Below are positions 1-13,801 of a stretch of 64,000 nt of DNA, in pieces. The stretch's first letter is position 1. Each line of letters begins with the position of its first letter. The notes below the pieces were generated by a model, which worked only from the letters and a program-made list of their open reading frames with translations, was not told the origin of the DNA and ran no database searches. The stretch is taken from assembly GCF_000002075.1 (NCBI RefSeq), contig NW_004797469.1:757229-821228 (forward strand), given 5' to 3'. Source of the DNA: Aplysia californica (taxonomy: Eukaryota). A program made the position numbers and the translations under genes.

Positions 1-1749
1 CACTGTATATCAGTTGAAACATTGTCAAAGCTGAAGAATTTCAGTTATTCTTCCCCCTTTTTCAAGTGACAGAAGCTTACGAAAACCCGGAGCTTCGGAG
101 ATGTGTTGAGCGCGGGTGACAAAACACGCGGAGATGTTGCATCCTGGGATTGAAAGCTTTCTGGGCTAATGGGAAAAACGTTGGAGCTATAAATTAACCG
201 AAGCGTGTGTCCTTCACTCAACGAAAGTTCAGTCTGACCTCCGCGCTAAACTCGTTAGCAGAAGATCTACTAGATTGTTTTGGTTGTCAGGGTAGAAAAT
301 TAATGGATCAACTAAGCAAAAGTTTTCTTTACGCCTAAAATTTGCACGTAATTTGAAAGGGGGGTACCTACTAAAATGATTGACAGCGTGTTTCAAAAAT
401 GTGTTCTTTGTAAAAGTAACACGTCAGATCTATTCCCAATACGTTGAAGTACCCAATCGGATATAAAGCTAAAAATAAATATTTTTTGCCGAACATCGTA
501 TCTTTTGCCCTGAATATTTCCCGTGGTGTACCTTAAAGAACCTTGAAAAAAAACAGCCCCTTCTATTTTTATGATAGATGATCATGATGTGAAATTTTAC
601 CTCTTGAGCTTTGTTAACTCTCATCCCAACTGGCTTTATGTGTGTGTGTGTGGGGGGGGGGCAGAAGAGGTAAAAGGTGGACAAAACAACCAAATACAGT
701 CTTAATTAATATTAATTCATTCAATGGGCTTTATTCTGTTTGATAAAGCATTATTTTGCCACTACAAAACCAAAATTTTCACTTTGATGTCCATATAATA
801 TCGGTGAAAAGCCCTCCAACAGACATGTGGTGGTTTGAACAAGAGGTCCCCAGTCAGCTTCTTTACATCTATCTTCCTAAGATGGACAAACAGATGCGGA
901 TGATTGGTCTGAATGTGCCTTTACACTGAGCAGTCAATACGCAGTTTTTCTTACTTCATCTTTTTTCGTGAAGTGTTGATAGTATTTGGGGGGGTGGGGT
1001 CCTGATATTTTGTTCGTCTTGAAGAACCACCAGAAGAACCATGAGCCTCTTTTGGTCTGAAGAGTGTTTGAATGGCAGGATGGTGAATCTTGCGTCCCTT
1101 GAAGTGGTCAGGTCTGATATTATGTTTTGTAGCGTCTGAGGTTTCTGTTAAAGCATGTTCTGGCAAAATGAGAGATTCAGATCAATATTTCTCCAGGGAT
1201 GTCAGTTCTAATGCATCTGTGTCTCTTTTAACTTCCCTCCCAAATAAAATGTGATTTTTTTTTTCAAAAGACATGTGTATTCTTTTTTCATTGATTTCTT
1301 CATGAGCCTGCTGACCTGTTTTCTCTGTCGAATATTTAGAGATGGTTGAACGAGTGACAAATGTTAAACATCCAATGCACAATCTTTCTTGGTTTAGTTC
1401 CTAACCGATGGAATCATTATCAATACAACCTCCAAGTGCAACTAGACAAATAAGAGATTGAAGGTGGTTCATTCTGTTCTGTTGCTTCATTCTGTTCTGT
1501 TGTTTCTTCTTATTGATGAGGAATCTCCAGGGGGGGGGGGATTGTCTTGGACATGTGGTCTTAAAAGCAGGTTCAAATGTACTTACTTTTTACTTTATGG
1601 TGGTTTGGGGAGAAAATTGCAGCCTCCTCACTAGGGGCTCTTTGTTTGGTAAAAATAGGACTAGAAAGCTATTGGGTCTATGGTTATTTGATTATGGACT
1701 CTGTATATACAAGGCATCTTGTTATAGCTGATACGATTTAAAATGTTGA

Positions 1750-1989
<240 letters not shown>

Positions 1990-2598
1990 TGAGTGTGCAT
2001 CTTTCCAATTTCATGTCTTTTCATGTTCATTAATCCTCTCAGCAGTTCTTTCCTTTAAAAATCAAACATAAATGTTCCATGGTTTTGAAAGGCTTGAAGT
2101 TGTCTTTAGGCCATTCCCAAAGGGGGGGGGGGCATGTTCTTATGCACAGTAGAATTGTAAATGGGCTGATTTATCAATGTCATGCTCATACTGTACCGGA
2201 ACAACACAGGGGGAACTGCTGCTTTTTTTCCCCTTGTTTGGACTTCTCTGTTGACATCCACCCCTTGGCACTCATATGATCATATACAGTTGCGAGCTGC
2301 GTAAAACCTTACTAAAACAACATTTGGAAGGCTATAAATCCTTTATTTCTTTTTATTTTCTTAATTATCGAGCTTCTACATAGTCTAGATTTGATTCTGT
2401 TGAATTTCCCCAAAAAGGTAGAAAAGAACTTTTTTTTTACCATACTCTAATGGGCGTTGCCGTTTGCCCAAATTACTCTCATCTGTTAGCTATCTTGAAA
2501 TGTATACTTTTCCACCTATATGAGTTACCATTATGGACCCAAAGCACAGATAAGTCCATGCATCACAAATAACAATGTCTGGGAGCCAAAGGGAGGCT

Positions 2599-2908
2599 CC
2601 TCTAGCAATATTATTCGAATACTCTGTTTCTATTTATAAAATTCTCAAAAGTTGGTCAGATATGCAAAAGAGTTAAATGAAATCTATGACTTGTGTCTAA
2701 AATAGATAACTACCCAATATCCTTTACTTTAAGGTAAGATACCGCTGTCATGCCTCTAGCAATATTAGTGAAATGCTGTTTGTTTCTATTTATAGTAATC
2801 TCAAAAGTAGGTGAAATATGCAAATGAGCTGAATGAAATCTGGGATTTGTGTTTAAAATAGATAACTACCCAATATCCATTACTTTTAGGTAAGATACCG
2901 CAGTCATA
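2599..2908. repeat. Two-copy tandem repeat, unit about 155 bp
   Basis: Both units run cctctagcaatatta...aaaatagataactacccaatatcc...aggtaagataccgc. Confidence 0.85.
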
Positions 2909-3021
2909 TGAGCCTTAACGAATTGTAATCATTTTTATGTAATACGAGGGGAGTTCAAGAAGTCTTTGGTCTAAATATGAAGGAATTTATAAGGACCGAG
3001 CTTTGTTATTTGGCACAGATA

Positions 3022-3700
3022 CAGTCGAACCTGCCCTGACGGCCACCTCTATAAGACGGCCACCTGTACAAACGGCCACTTTCCATTTCCTCCATTGCGT
3101 TTTTTCTATATAATTTAACTGTGTAAAACTGGCACCTGTCCAACGCGGCCGCGGCCACCATATTTTAACACACAACCCCTATCACACTAAGCAATAACAC
3201 CTGTCTTAGACGGCCACCTTAGTGACTCCATTACGTTTTGTCATAAATTGTGCATTGGTCCCTGGTGTTGTGGGCGAGCCGTCATAATTCAATCGCCTGT
3301 CGTTGTTGTTAGGTAGTCCCTTCAACTGATCATGCTGCTTAGGCCCCTTCCACTGTTGACCAATAGGTACCAATTTTCAGCTGCTGGTAAGGTAAGCCTG
3401 TGATCCCTCATTACCCATAAGCCCCGCCCAGAACTCTCATGCTCAAATCGTAAGTGAGATGAGTGGTCACAGTTTACCCAGTCTATAACTTGCAACAAAG
3501 TAACAAAGGACCTCAACATGAACTTGTGATAGAAGCATCGCTCGTTCTCCGAGTGGTGGCGACCCATGTGTTTGTTTTAACATGGCACTCGGTCTTCCTC
3601 GTCTGATACAATTCGTTTTATTGTCACCCTTGCGTAAAATCAGCAACAAAGTAAAAATTACAAACAAAATACAAACCACCACCACCAACAACAAAAACAA
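3022..3700. mobile_element. Tc1/pogo-type MITE fragment (TA|CAGTCGAACCTG family)
   Basis: Same terminus as 48399 and 52697, with repeated ggccacc subterminal motifs; 3460-3700 matches about 48520-48750 in reverse orientation. Confidence 0.7.
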
Positions 3701-3792
3701 TAAAACCTCTGCTTCTTTTGCTTACTTGTCAACCATTGCACAGACACCTTATTCATATTTAGATGGTCATATCATTTCAATTGACTCTACAC

Positions 3793-6288
3793 AATCAAAC
3801 ACATCCTAAAACCAAATAACTCCTTCGTAGAGACAGAAAAACAGTAGCTGACTGTATAGCATCAACCCCCTCCTGAAATTCCTCTACCCACAATTACTAC
3901 CCTGAATTCAAAAAAGTAAAAATGTCTTCTGAAAAGACAACTTGTTGATTTTACCTCTTCAAATGAAGAAAACTATAATTGCAGCTTTTCTCTTAATGAA
4001 TTAAAATGCAATATTGCAGAAATATCAAACACAGCTCCAGGCCCTGATCAAATACACAACGAAATCATCAGACGTCTTCCTGACGAAACACCCCTATTAC
4101 TCCTTGATATTTACCATGAACTCTGGCATTCTCAACAATTTCCGAACAGTTGGCGTCTTGCCACTATTATACCAATCCCAAAACCAGGAAAAGATAACTC
4201 TAACCCATCAAACTACTGTCCCATAGCCCTTACAAACTGTTTCTGCAAACTTATGGAAAAACTTATTAACAAACGTCTAATGTGGTTTCTCGAAACCTCA
4301 AACTCCTTATCCAATTTCCAATGGGGTTTTCGCAAAAAATCGCTCTACTATTGACCATCTCGTCCGACTTGAAACTTTCATTCGGGAAAGAGCACCTTGT
4401 AGCTATTTTTTTAGACTTAGAAAAAGCCTTCGACACCTCATGGAAACACGATATTTTAAAAGACCTGCGTGGCTTGGGCTTACGCTGAAATCTTCTTGAA
4501 TTTATGCGAAACTTTTTGAAAGATCGATCATTTCAAGTAAAAGTAGGTTCAACCCTATCAAATTTACACGCCCAAGAAGAAGGCGTCCCCCAGGGAAGCA
4601 TCTTATCGCCCATTCTTTTCGAAATCAAAATCAATTCCATCACAAAAACCCTTCAAAACAATATTGACTGCTCGCTTTACGTTGACGACTTCCTGATCTG
4701 CTATAAATCCAAATCCAAAATAGATCACATTGAATGTCAGCTTCAGCTTCAACTCCATAAACTGGAAACTTGGGCAAACGAGCACGGGTTCAAATTTTCT
4801 ACACCAAAAACAAACTGTGTACATTTTTGTCTGTCGCTCTGTCGCACAAGTGTGTGCGACAACGAGATTTATATTTGTTTGGAGAGAAAATTCCTGTAAA
4901 AAAACAAGCTCATTTCCTGGGCGTAATCTTTGACAAGAAACTTTCTTTCCTGCCGCACTTGAAAGACCTAAAGACGAGGTGTCAGAGCGCTCTCAACGCC
5001 TTAAAAGTACTATCCAATCCCGAATGGGGAGGAGATACTGAAATACTTCTTCAACTTTTCCGTTCCCTTGTCTGTTCCAGGCTGGACTATGCCAGTCCAG
5101 TTTACGGATCAGCTAGAAAGTCTTACCTTAAAATTTTAGTCCCTGTTCTGAACCAAGGCCTTCGCCTTGCCCTAGGGGCTTTCTGTACTTCATCTGTAGA
5201 AAGTTTACAGGCAAAGAAACTCTTTACAGACGGATCCAAAAATGACTCCTTAGTAGGAGCTGCTGCCCTTGCATCGCCACACAGCTTAAGCTTAAGGAAA
5301 GTCCACCCAGAAGCCTCAGTCTACACTGCTGAGGCTACAGCTCTTGAAATGGCCCTAAATATAATAGATCAATCGACCAAGTCTACTTTCCTAATCCTTT
5401 CAGACTCTTGTCTGAAATCTTTAGAGTGCTCTGACACCTCCGACAACAGAATTTTGAAACTTATAATTAAACTGCATTTTCTACATCAGTCTGGAAAAAC
5501 TATTACAATAGCTTGGCTTCCAGGCCATGTAGGCATTGATGGCAATGAAGCCGTTGACCAATTTGCCAAAGAATCTCTAAAACTACCTGAAAACAAAAGT
5601 AGTAAAATCCCTTTCTCTGACATGAAACCGGAAGTAAAAGAACACATCACATCCTCCTGGTCCCAAATTTGGAATCAACAAATACACAACAAACTCCATT
5701 ACATTCAATCGAAACTTACGCCCAGGAAACCACTATCTCTCCTTCGAAGAGAAAAGGTAATTTTTACCAGACTAAAGATAGGACACATGCACATCACGCA
5801 CAAACATTTGCTTGAAGGAGAAGAAGCTCCTTTTTGCATGGCGTGCAACACAAATTTCACAGTTCGGCACATCCTAACGGAATGTATCGAATTTAATGAT
5901 GTTCGTAAGAAATATTTTAAATGTAAAGATATTAAGACCCTTTTTGACATCGTAGACCCTAGAAAAATTTTAAGTTATGTAAAAGAAATTGGACTATTTA
6001 ATAGAATATGAAAATATATAGTTATCGTTACCAGTGTATATATACATACACTGAAATTAATATTGTATATACAAATGTAAATGAGCCTTTTCCATATTTA
6101 CAAAAAAATTTTATAAATGTTTGTTCGTCTTTTTAGCATAATGAAAATAGTGTGATCGTGTGCGGTTGCGAGCTCCGAAAGACTCTTACTAAAAACATGT
6201 CTGATTTTGTAGCAATGAAACCTGTTGACGCTTAAATGACCAAAATTGTGTCGATAGTGCCGTAAAACATCTACCCAATCAAATCAAA
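3793..6288 (+). mobile_element. 5'-truncated I-group LINE (RT + RNase H), frameshifted
   Basis: FLDLEKAFD, GVPQGSILSP, YVDD, FTDGSK, WLPGHVGIDGNEAVD and C-terminal CxxC...HILTEC; (caaat)n tail; 7-bp TSD tctacac at 3786-3792 and 6289-6295. Confidence 0.92.
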
Positions 6289-8214
6289 TCTACACTGATT
6301 CTCTTTTCACTTGAGAGCTGTTTAACAGTTATACATTAGTCTTGTAGAACCAGTTTCTTCACTATGGATAAATTGTCATCAGTTACCACAAAGGATGGGC
6401 ACCCTTAACGATCTTCATCATCAGTGACTTGAATCCAGATTTGAATTTTCTTACCCAGTATGTCACAGGACATTTGTCACCACGAATTGGAACCATTTCC
6501 TGAAAAATGTCCGTATGTGATTTTCCTTGCAAGTGTGAAAACTTGATAACTGAGCGATATTCAACAGGCTCTATGGCACAGCTTCAGCAAAGAAAAACAA
6601 AAATTTTTATTGCATGGTTTCATTGAACACGCCGACTAGTGCTTGATTATTGTCATATTTTCCCGAAAATATGCATGGTGTGTTCCAAAGACATTGTCTA
6701 AAGGCCGGCAAAACGTCATGACTCTAGCATGATTCCTTCATAACCAGGCCAAAGACTTATTGAAACCCCCTCGTATGACTATTTGCATTTCAAATTTGAA
6801 TGTAAAGGTCATGGTACTGATATGGCTGTCATCCCTGCCATTTGGTCCAAAATTGCTCAAATTTTTTGGATAGTATGTAGAATTGAATGTTACTTAATAT
6901 AAATTAGAAATGAAATCAATTCGCTGAATACAATTTTTTCCATCTTTGCCTATGTACAGATGAAGAAAAAAGTAATTTTTATCTATTTTTAGATACACAG
7001 TGAGTAGGTCACATATGCAATTGTTTCAAATCAAAGTCAACTCAATAATCTTTCTATTGATGTATATGTGTCACGACGCGTTGGAATCGGGCGCTCATCC
7101 ATTTGGGGTATATTGAGGTATTGGTATCATCTTAAAGCTTGTTCATTTGTCTTGGTTTCGATGAAAAAAGTACCCATCTATTTCTAATAGAAGTGGAGAT
7201 ATTTCGGATTGAAAGAGGTGGGGATCACCTGGTTTCAGGGGTAAAATAAGCGAGAAAATGGCGGCCCAAGTTTGGTGACTTTTAAAGCTGGAAAGTCCAT
7301 GGAAATTGTAAATTTACATTTTTAGTGCCTTTAATCAACGTTTTTCGGTAAAATTCATGCAGAAATTTGCGTTTAAATGGACAAAAAGGGTGTTGAGCCA
7401 AAAAACAAAAATTCTATAAAAACTACCAAGCAGAAAGAAAAATGCTGTTTCATCTTGATTTCATTATTGTGACGAGCACTTGGTTTCACCACGATGATGC
7501 CTCAACATAGCTGCCACTTTTCCGCTAAATAGGGGAAACTCCGCTTCATCTAGCTTTTCCCACTACTTTCCTCCTTCCTCCGCTGGACCTCTCTCGTTCG
7601 CAAATTGCGATACCTTTTTTTTTTTTTTACAAACGGAAAACCCAGAACAGGGAAAGACAAAAACTCGGCTTGCGCATAAAAGCAGAACTGCCTTTTAAAA
7701 AATCATGACCCACAATACAAATTTTATTAACATTTACTAGTAACAACACACGAGTACGTTAACAATAAAGTTATCGACCAAATATAATATAATACCGCGT
7801 GACACAAAATAATGGAACCCTCGGTTTTCGTAATAACTTTTAACTGAAGGTGTAAAATTTGACCAAATTTAGTACATAGTACATACCGGGTACTTGGTTC
7901 ATGCAAAGATCTAGAATTGTAGTGAGGTTTAGTCTATAAAAACATTCGAAACAACCTCTAAATGCAAAATTAGCTTATGCCCCAATAAATTCAGATCTTG
8001 TTCTATTTTTCTCTTGAAATTGAAACATTCGATACACCGGTAATCTGTATTTAGATCTAATTTCAGATATTTTCTTTTTTAAAACCAGTATGGTATTGTT
8101 TTAACACAAAGTCAAATCGTAAAATACAGCAAATTTTTTCCCCCATTTAATAGAAATAATAATGTAGATCATTTCTTTAGCGACCACTCCCGTGTGAACG
8201 CAGCTTAAAAGGGA

Positions 8215-8675
8215 GTGTGTATGTACACGGTAACCGGGCACCTAGCCTCAGTGTCTACGTACACGGTAACCGGCAACCGGGCACGTAGTCTCAGTGTCAC
8301 GTACAGGGTAACCGGGCAGTTCAGAACTCCAAGTTCAGTTTTTGTCATCTGGTGTTGCCTCCAACCCCAGCCCTCCCCCGACTGTACCTTTTTAAAAAAA
8401 TCACTAATCCCCCCCTTCCAGACCCGTATAGTTCGCAGCGCACAGACTTATAATGAACTTTGGTGACCCCAACCTATACTCACAATGTGATGCGAAAGCA
8501 GGTTCACTGACCGGTCATGATGGCGAGCCCGACAAGACGCTTGCACATGTTCGGACTTTCTTTTTTTTTTTCAACAAGTGACAGCGTAGAACAAATGTTG
8601 ATTTTTTTTCATTCAGGTTACCGTGTACGTAGATACTGAGACTAGGTGCCCGGTTACCGTGTATGTAGACACATG
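8215..8675. repeat. Inverted-repeat (fold-back) element
   Basis: tacacggtaaccgggcacctagcctcagtgtctacgtacacggtaacc is inverted at about 8616-8670; interior resembles about 54410-54545 reversed. Confidence 0.65.
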
Positions 8676-8706
8676 CATCTTGTACGAACAATATTCACGC
8701 AGGCAG

Positions 8707-8744
<38 letters not shown>

Positions 8745-9656
8745 ACACCTTATACGCGCACACACACCTACTTTCTTTTCTCACGCGCACGCTTACACTT
8801 ATACACATTAGATCTCTATGTCTCAGTTTGTGTTGTACATGATGTATTCTGGCCTGAATTTCCGTTTAGATCTCTAAAGCAGAGCTTTTAGAGTACGCCC
8901 AGTAGACAAGATGAAACCATGATTTACGTAGGCATATCGGCTCTGTATTCGCACCATTTTGTTTTTAAAATTCTGTTAAAATTAAAGCGTTGATGTATTT
9001 TTGCCTAAAATTGCAAGAAATTGCTAAAAATTGCAGCCGCAAGACCGGGATTTCCTGGAGGGCCAGACAAGTTTAAAGGGAAAGAAATCTTTTTATAAAA
9101 CACTAGCTGGCAACAAACACTGGATTTTTAATCACCAAACTGGGTCCATTTCTTATTAGTCAACTTAATGTCTTGGGGTTGGGTTTTTTTGGGGGTTGTT
9201 TTTTTTTAATTTTACATTTAAATTCAGTATGGTTAACAAATATGACACTTTTCCCTTCCAAAAACATAGATGTTCCAATATATTGCCTCTGGATCTCACT
9301 GGTTTTACTCCGGCCTTCGGAGAGCGCACGTACGCCTTAGCGTGAATTTCCTCCTTTTTGGAAATTCCTGAGTGGCAGCTATGATATAACTGATTGTATT
9401 GACCTTCACATGAATTTATAGGATTTTTTTTCTACATCCACCCTCTTTATCTTAAAAAAAAAACTGGGCAAAGCCCAAGAACGATTAAGAGTTAAGGTCA
9501 TGAAAGAAAGTTTCATTTTGTTTAGAACCATGGTTATGCCTTCTAATACATGGAAAAAGCAATGACTGATGAGTCTGATGTACACCTTTTCCATTATGCA
9601 AGGATATCCTAATTATAGGCCTAAAATCAATAATAATTGGAAGTGGTGATTCAAGG

Positions 9657-10160
9657 GGTTTTTTTGGTAAGTGTTTTACGGCGCTCGCAACTGCATAAGG
9701 TCATATGGGGCCGCGGGACACATTAAACATTTTTAGTTGGTAGGAAGTTTGAATTTTGCCAAGGTGGCGGCCGAAGCCTACTCTTATCGATTTTAGACCA
9801 CCAAGGGATCTTTAACGTGCGCAACTTGCACCCGGGACTTCCAAGCTTTTTCACCCTTGTCCGAGAAGGCTAGGTGTAGATCTTTCCCACCAGAAGATCA
9901 GGGCTGTGGCTGAAAGACAGCAGTAAGAAGGAGCCAAAGAGTAGCAGTAGAAAAGCTGCAGAAAGAGTCAGAAGCCCAGAGGAGGGGGGGGGGGCAGAAA
10001 GTGGAGACGAAAGCAGACGACAGAACATTGCTAGAGAGCGGGAAAGAAGGTGAAAGAAGACAATTTTAGAGAAGAAAATTTTTCGGTCGCTACCCAGATT
10101 CAAACCCGGGACCTTTGAATGGGTGGCAAACATCTTAACCTCTAGGCCACGAGAGCCCCC
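9657..10160 (-). mobile_element. tRNA-head SINE family A (Deu/Nin-like central domain, LINE-type hairpin tail)
   Basis: Head GGGGGCTCTCGTGGCCTAGAGGTTAAG (A box) and GGTTTGAATC (B box); ACGTTAAAGATCCCTTGGTGGTC core; TSD gattcaagg. Confidence 0.88.
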
Positions 10161-10246
10161 GATTCAAGGTTGTGACATTCGACATTCAAACTTGAAAATG
10201 GAGAAAAATTAGGGTACATGCTGGGTGACTATTGTCGAGATTAATA

Positions 10247-10420
10247 CAGTGGAGTCCACTTATAACGGGTCCTAAAATAACGAGAAGTCTGTTATAAAGA
10301 TACTATTCTAAAACCCCTGTGTTTTTTTCTCTTCTTTATCTTTGTAAATACAATACTGCTATAGCGCAATCAGACAAACACGCAAGTCGGTTATAGCGGA
10401 ATATTGCTGCTGCTGTGCAC
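10247..10420. mobile_element. pogo-like MITE end (TA|CAGTGGAGTCC)
   Basis: Terminus and ataac repeats resemble the element at 38868; right end not identified. Confidence 0.5.
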
Positions 10421-10874
10421 ACCGCATAGGCCAATTATACATAATGTAAAACCTCGGAAGTTGAGAAACTTGTTGGTGAACTAGCGAAACAAAGAATGGG
10501 AGAGCCCACGTTTGTCAATAATGAAGACCGGAGCGAATGAGTGGGGAGAGTGTGGCATGCGCAGACAAGCAGAACGCATAGCGTGATAGGCGAGCCTAGT
10601 CTAGATTATCAAAGCCTACCATGCCTCTCACTTTTCCAATGGGGGGATGGAGAGGTCACAGTGATTTGACGGGGCGTACGCAAGCAGACGGAATGCATCA
10701 CAGGGTGTGGTGGGATGGGGGCAACACAGCGGGCGAGTTAGCCTAGAGCCCTTTTTTCTCATCAAACATAAGAAACCTGATTTAATTTTTTGATCAAGTA
10801 TGACCAAGAGGTCATGTTGGAAATACTAGTTTTTGTTTTTATTTTTTGTCAGGACACCCTAGCATTCTACTTGA

Positions 10875-11081
<207 letters not shown>

Positions 11082-11192
11082 TAAGTTTCTAAAAAACTGT
11101 GGGGTGACAAATATAGCCTGTTGTTCTCTGTAGCCTACATGTGACTGTATTGCCTTATGTGTGTGTTGTATGTTGTTGTTGTCCAACTCTAA

Positions 11193-11712
11193 GGGTCCCT
11201 TTACACATACAGTTCATTCATCGACAATTTGACAGTTACACCGACAGACACTAGATCTGGGTCATCGTTGAACTGAAAGTTTGTCAACGAGAGAAGTTCC
11301 ATTTAGACCTACAAAAGTTTTTTCATCCTTAAAGTGTCAGTCCTTGACAAAACACAGCAAAAAAAAATTAACTTGGTAATCCTGCATTAAATTGTGTTCC
11401 CTGCAGGATTTTGACTAATTTTGGGTCGCAGATCACGAAAATCTTTTTTGAAATTTTTTTTATTTAACCTATATTTAGGAAAATTTTGGAATGCATTTTC
11501 AACTCTGCCTGGGGCAACATCAAAGAAGCTGTTCCCTCATCGTCTGACCTTCAGTTTGCCGGCCGGAAAATATCTGGTGTACTGAGAACCCTTTGTTTTC
11601 GAGAGGATTTCTCATTTCCACGCTCAGTTTTACTGGGAAGTTGACAGGATGCGTGCCATTCTTTCGATATCCTACAGTTTGTCTGTCAATGAACTGTACG
11701 TGTAAATGGGGC
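11193..11712. mobile_element. PIF/Harbinger-like MITE
   Basis: TAA|gggtccctttacacatacagttcatt ... aatgaactgtacgtgtaaatggggc imperfect TIRs. Confidence 0.65.
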
Positions 11713-11923
11713 TTTGTTGTGTATGTGCGTGAAACCTGGTTTTCAGAAATGAAAAAACGTAAAACCTCATTTGTGTTCTCTCTTTTGTTGTCGTCCCCCT
11801 CCCCCCCCTCCCTTATTTTTGCTTTCTCCCTCTCTCTTTCTCTCTCTCTTTTTTTTTTTGGGGGGGGGGGGTTGTTTTCCTGCTGTTTGTCAATGGCACA
11901 GACATTTTGTCTAGGTTCGTTAT

Positions 11924-13801
11924 CAGTGCTGAGAATTGTCTGCCTAAAGGAGGAATTCCGCTCATTGCAACTCCGCGTCCGCTCATTGGAACGCCTCTTC
12001 CACCTTTTTTGCGAGTTTCGTTGTATAATAGTATTGTAGTAAGAATTTAAAAAACCAAAATTGAATCGAAGACGATAACAATTTTAGAAGTTTTTTAACT
12101 GCTTGTGGACGAAACGGAGGTGCGTGCGCATCCGTGTGTCGGCTGATACCATTCAATCGAGTACTTTTTATTCTTCTTCATTACTGGTAGAATCGCATTC
12201 TGTTGTGACAATTGAGTACCGGTAGTTACGTGGAGAACTGTGGTGACTTTGGCTCACGCATATCACAACCCTGTAGCCTTTTTTTTCTCTGTCTTGTCTG
12301 CTTGTTCTTCATCATGGTGAAGCGCACTGTTGATATTCTTTCGAGAAGAGATAAATTTGATGATGGTGATGCCAGTAACCCATGGTGTTGGGAATGGTGC
12401 GATAAAAGTGTTAACGGCCGGCGCCTTGGTGAGTTCATTAGAAAACTGAACAAGAAGGGGCATGCGTGGTGTGCTCTATGGTGAGAAGGAAGTGAGATGT
12501 GGTGGCCAAGGATACGCCGCACTGTCAGCACACGTAGACAGGTGAAAAGATAGCTTCAACAAGGATTGATGCATGGTGGGGACAGGTGTGTACATCTACG
12601 TATCCGCTGCTGACAGGCATTGCTAGAACAGTTTATTCCTGCTTCCATGGTGCCCTTGTGGAGTCAACATTCAGTGTAGTGGGCAACATTATCACAAAAT
12701 ACAAAACAAATCAGACATACATACCCTTCATATCAAACAATCAAACACCACTTACAAGCACACAACTCCACATCACACTTGTTTTATGCAAAGACCAACC
12801 CAAAAAAGGACCCTGTCAATCATTTACTGACCAGGAACATTAGAAATGCAGTTAAGATGTACAGAGAACAAAAGCAGTCAACAACAGTGACAAAACTACC
12901 AACAAAGAAAACTGAAATGAACTCTCTGCAACAGGGACCTGTTTCTTCTACAAAATTGAAACCTGTTTCTTCACTAACAGTAAAGAAAGGAGAAAAACGA
13001 GCTGCATCTGACAAAGAGCTAGCCAGCCAGCATCTAAAAGAACAAAAAATGTATCTCCATCTGGAAAAAAAAAAGTAATGATGCTTCAGCCAGCTCCTTA
13101 ACAAAGCAAAAATGTATCTCTTGTTGCAAATACTCAAACTAATGGTGCTCCATCCAGCCAGATAGAAGAACATCACACTATCATACTGCGTCTGCTTCAG
13201 AAGAAATGGACAGCCAGCCAGCAGCCAAAAATGCACCTGCAAAGAAACAAAAGTCTTATTGCAGGCTTTTTAAAACGCTTATTAACAACACTTCATCGCG
13301 GGTAGCAGGCTAAAAACTTTTAGCAAGAAGAATTCTTCCCTTTGTAAGTCTTAAGGACTTGTGTGTTGTTGGGTCTTTTTATAAAGAGGGTATGTTTTCA
13401 TGTATTTATTGCATCAGGGCTCACGTTTTCTTGAAAATATTGACATGCTAGTTCAAATAACTAAATCATTGAAAATGAAATTTTGCTCCACCAAATCATT
13501 AAAACACTGAAAATGGCCTTTCAAAATGGTGTGAACCCTGTGAATAATTTTTCTTTTTTCATCTCAAGAATGATGTGTGTACAATGTATAGTAATGGTGT
13601 ATTTTCTTTTTGACAGTATTTGAGTAGTTATTTTTTTTCTTTTTCTCTAAAATTAGGGTAACATATAAGACCTCAAACCCTTCCAAAATAACCAGATTTA
13701 GCTATTTTATGCCTTGTTTTTTCAAAATTTTCTAGTGGGGTCATGCCACCGGACCCCCCCTAGTTTACAGCCTTTTGTGTGGTATGCCATTCTCAGCCCT
13801 T
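11924..13801 (+). mobile_element. Internally deleted hAT transposon relic
   Basis: cagtgctgagaat ... attctcagccct TIR-like ends; Zn-finger-like GHAWCAL and hAT dimerisation-like YPLLTGIARTVYSCFHGALVESTFSVVGNIIT; no TSD found. Confidence 0.65.

Larger units (their letters stand above)
2945..6773 (-). mobile_element. Degenerate mariner DNA transposon hosting a LINE and a MITE
   Basis: TA|cgaggggagttcaagaagtctttggtct ... aggccaaagacttattgaaaccccctcg|TA imperfect TIRs; minus-strand relic EYRSVIKF...WVRKFKSG...DDEDR*G (about 6570-6296) resumes as DHLNMNKVSVQWLT (about 3790-3705). Confidence 0.85.

Noticed and set aside
7068-7806. Short inverted tgtgtcacg ends suggesting a MITE
   Set aside because: Only a 9-bp match and no clear TSD
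11593-12039. 148-aa hydrophobic ORF
   Set aside because: Spans a MITE end, low-complexity tracts and a hAT terminus
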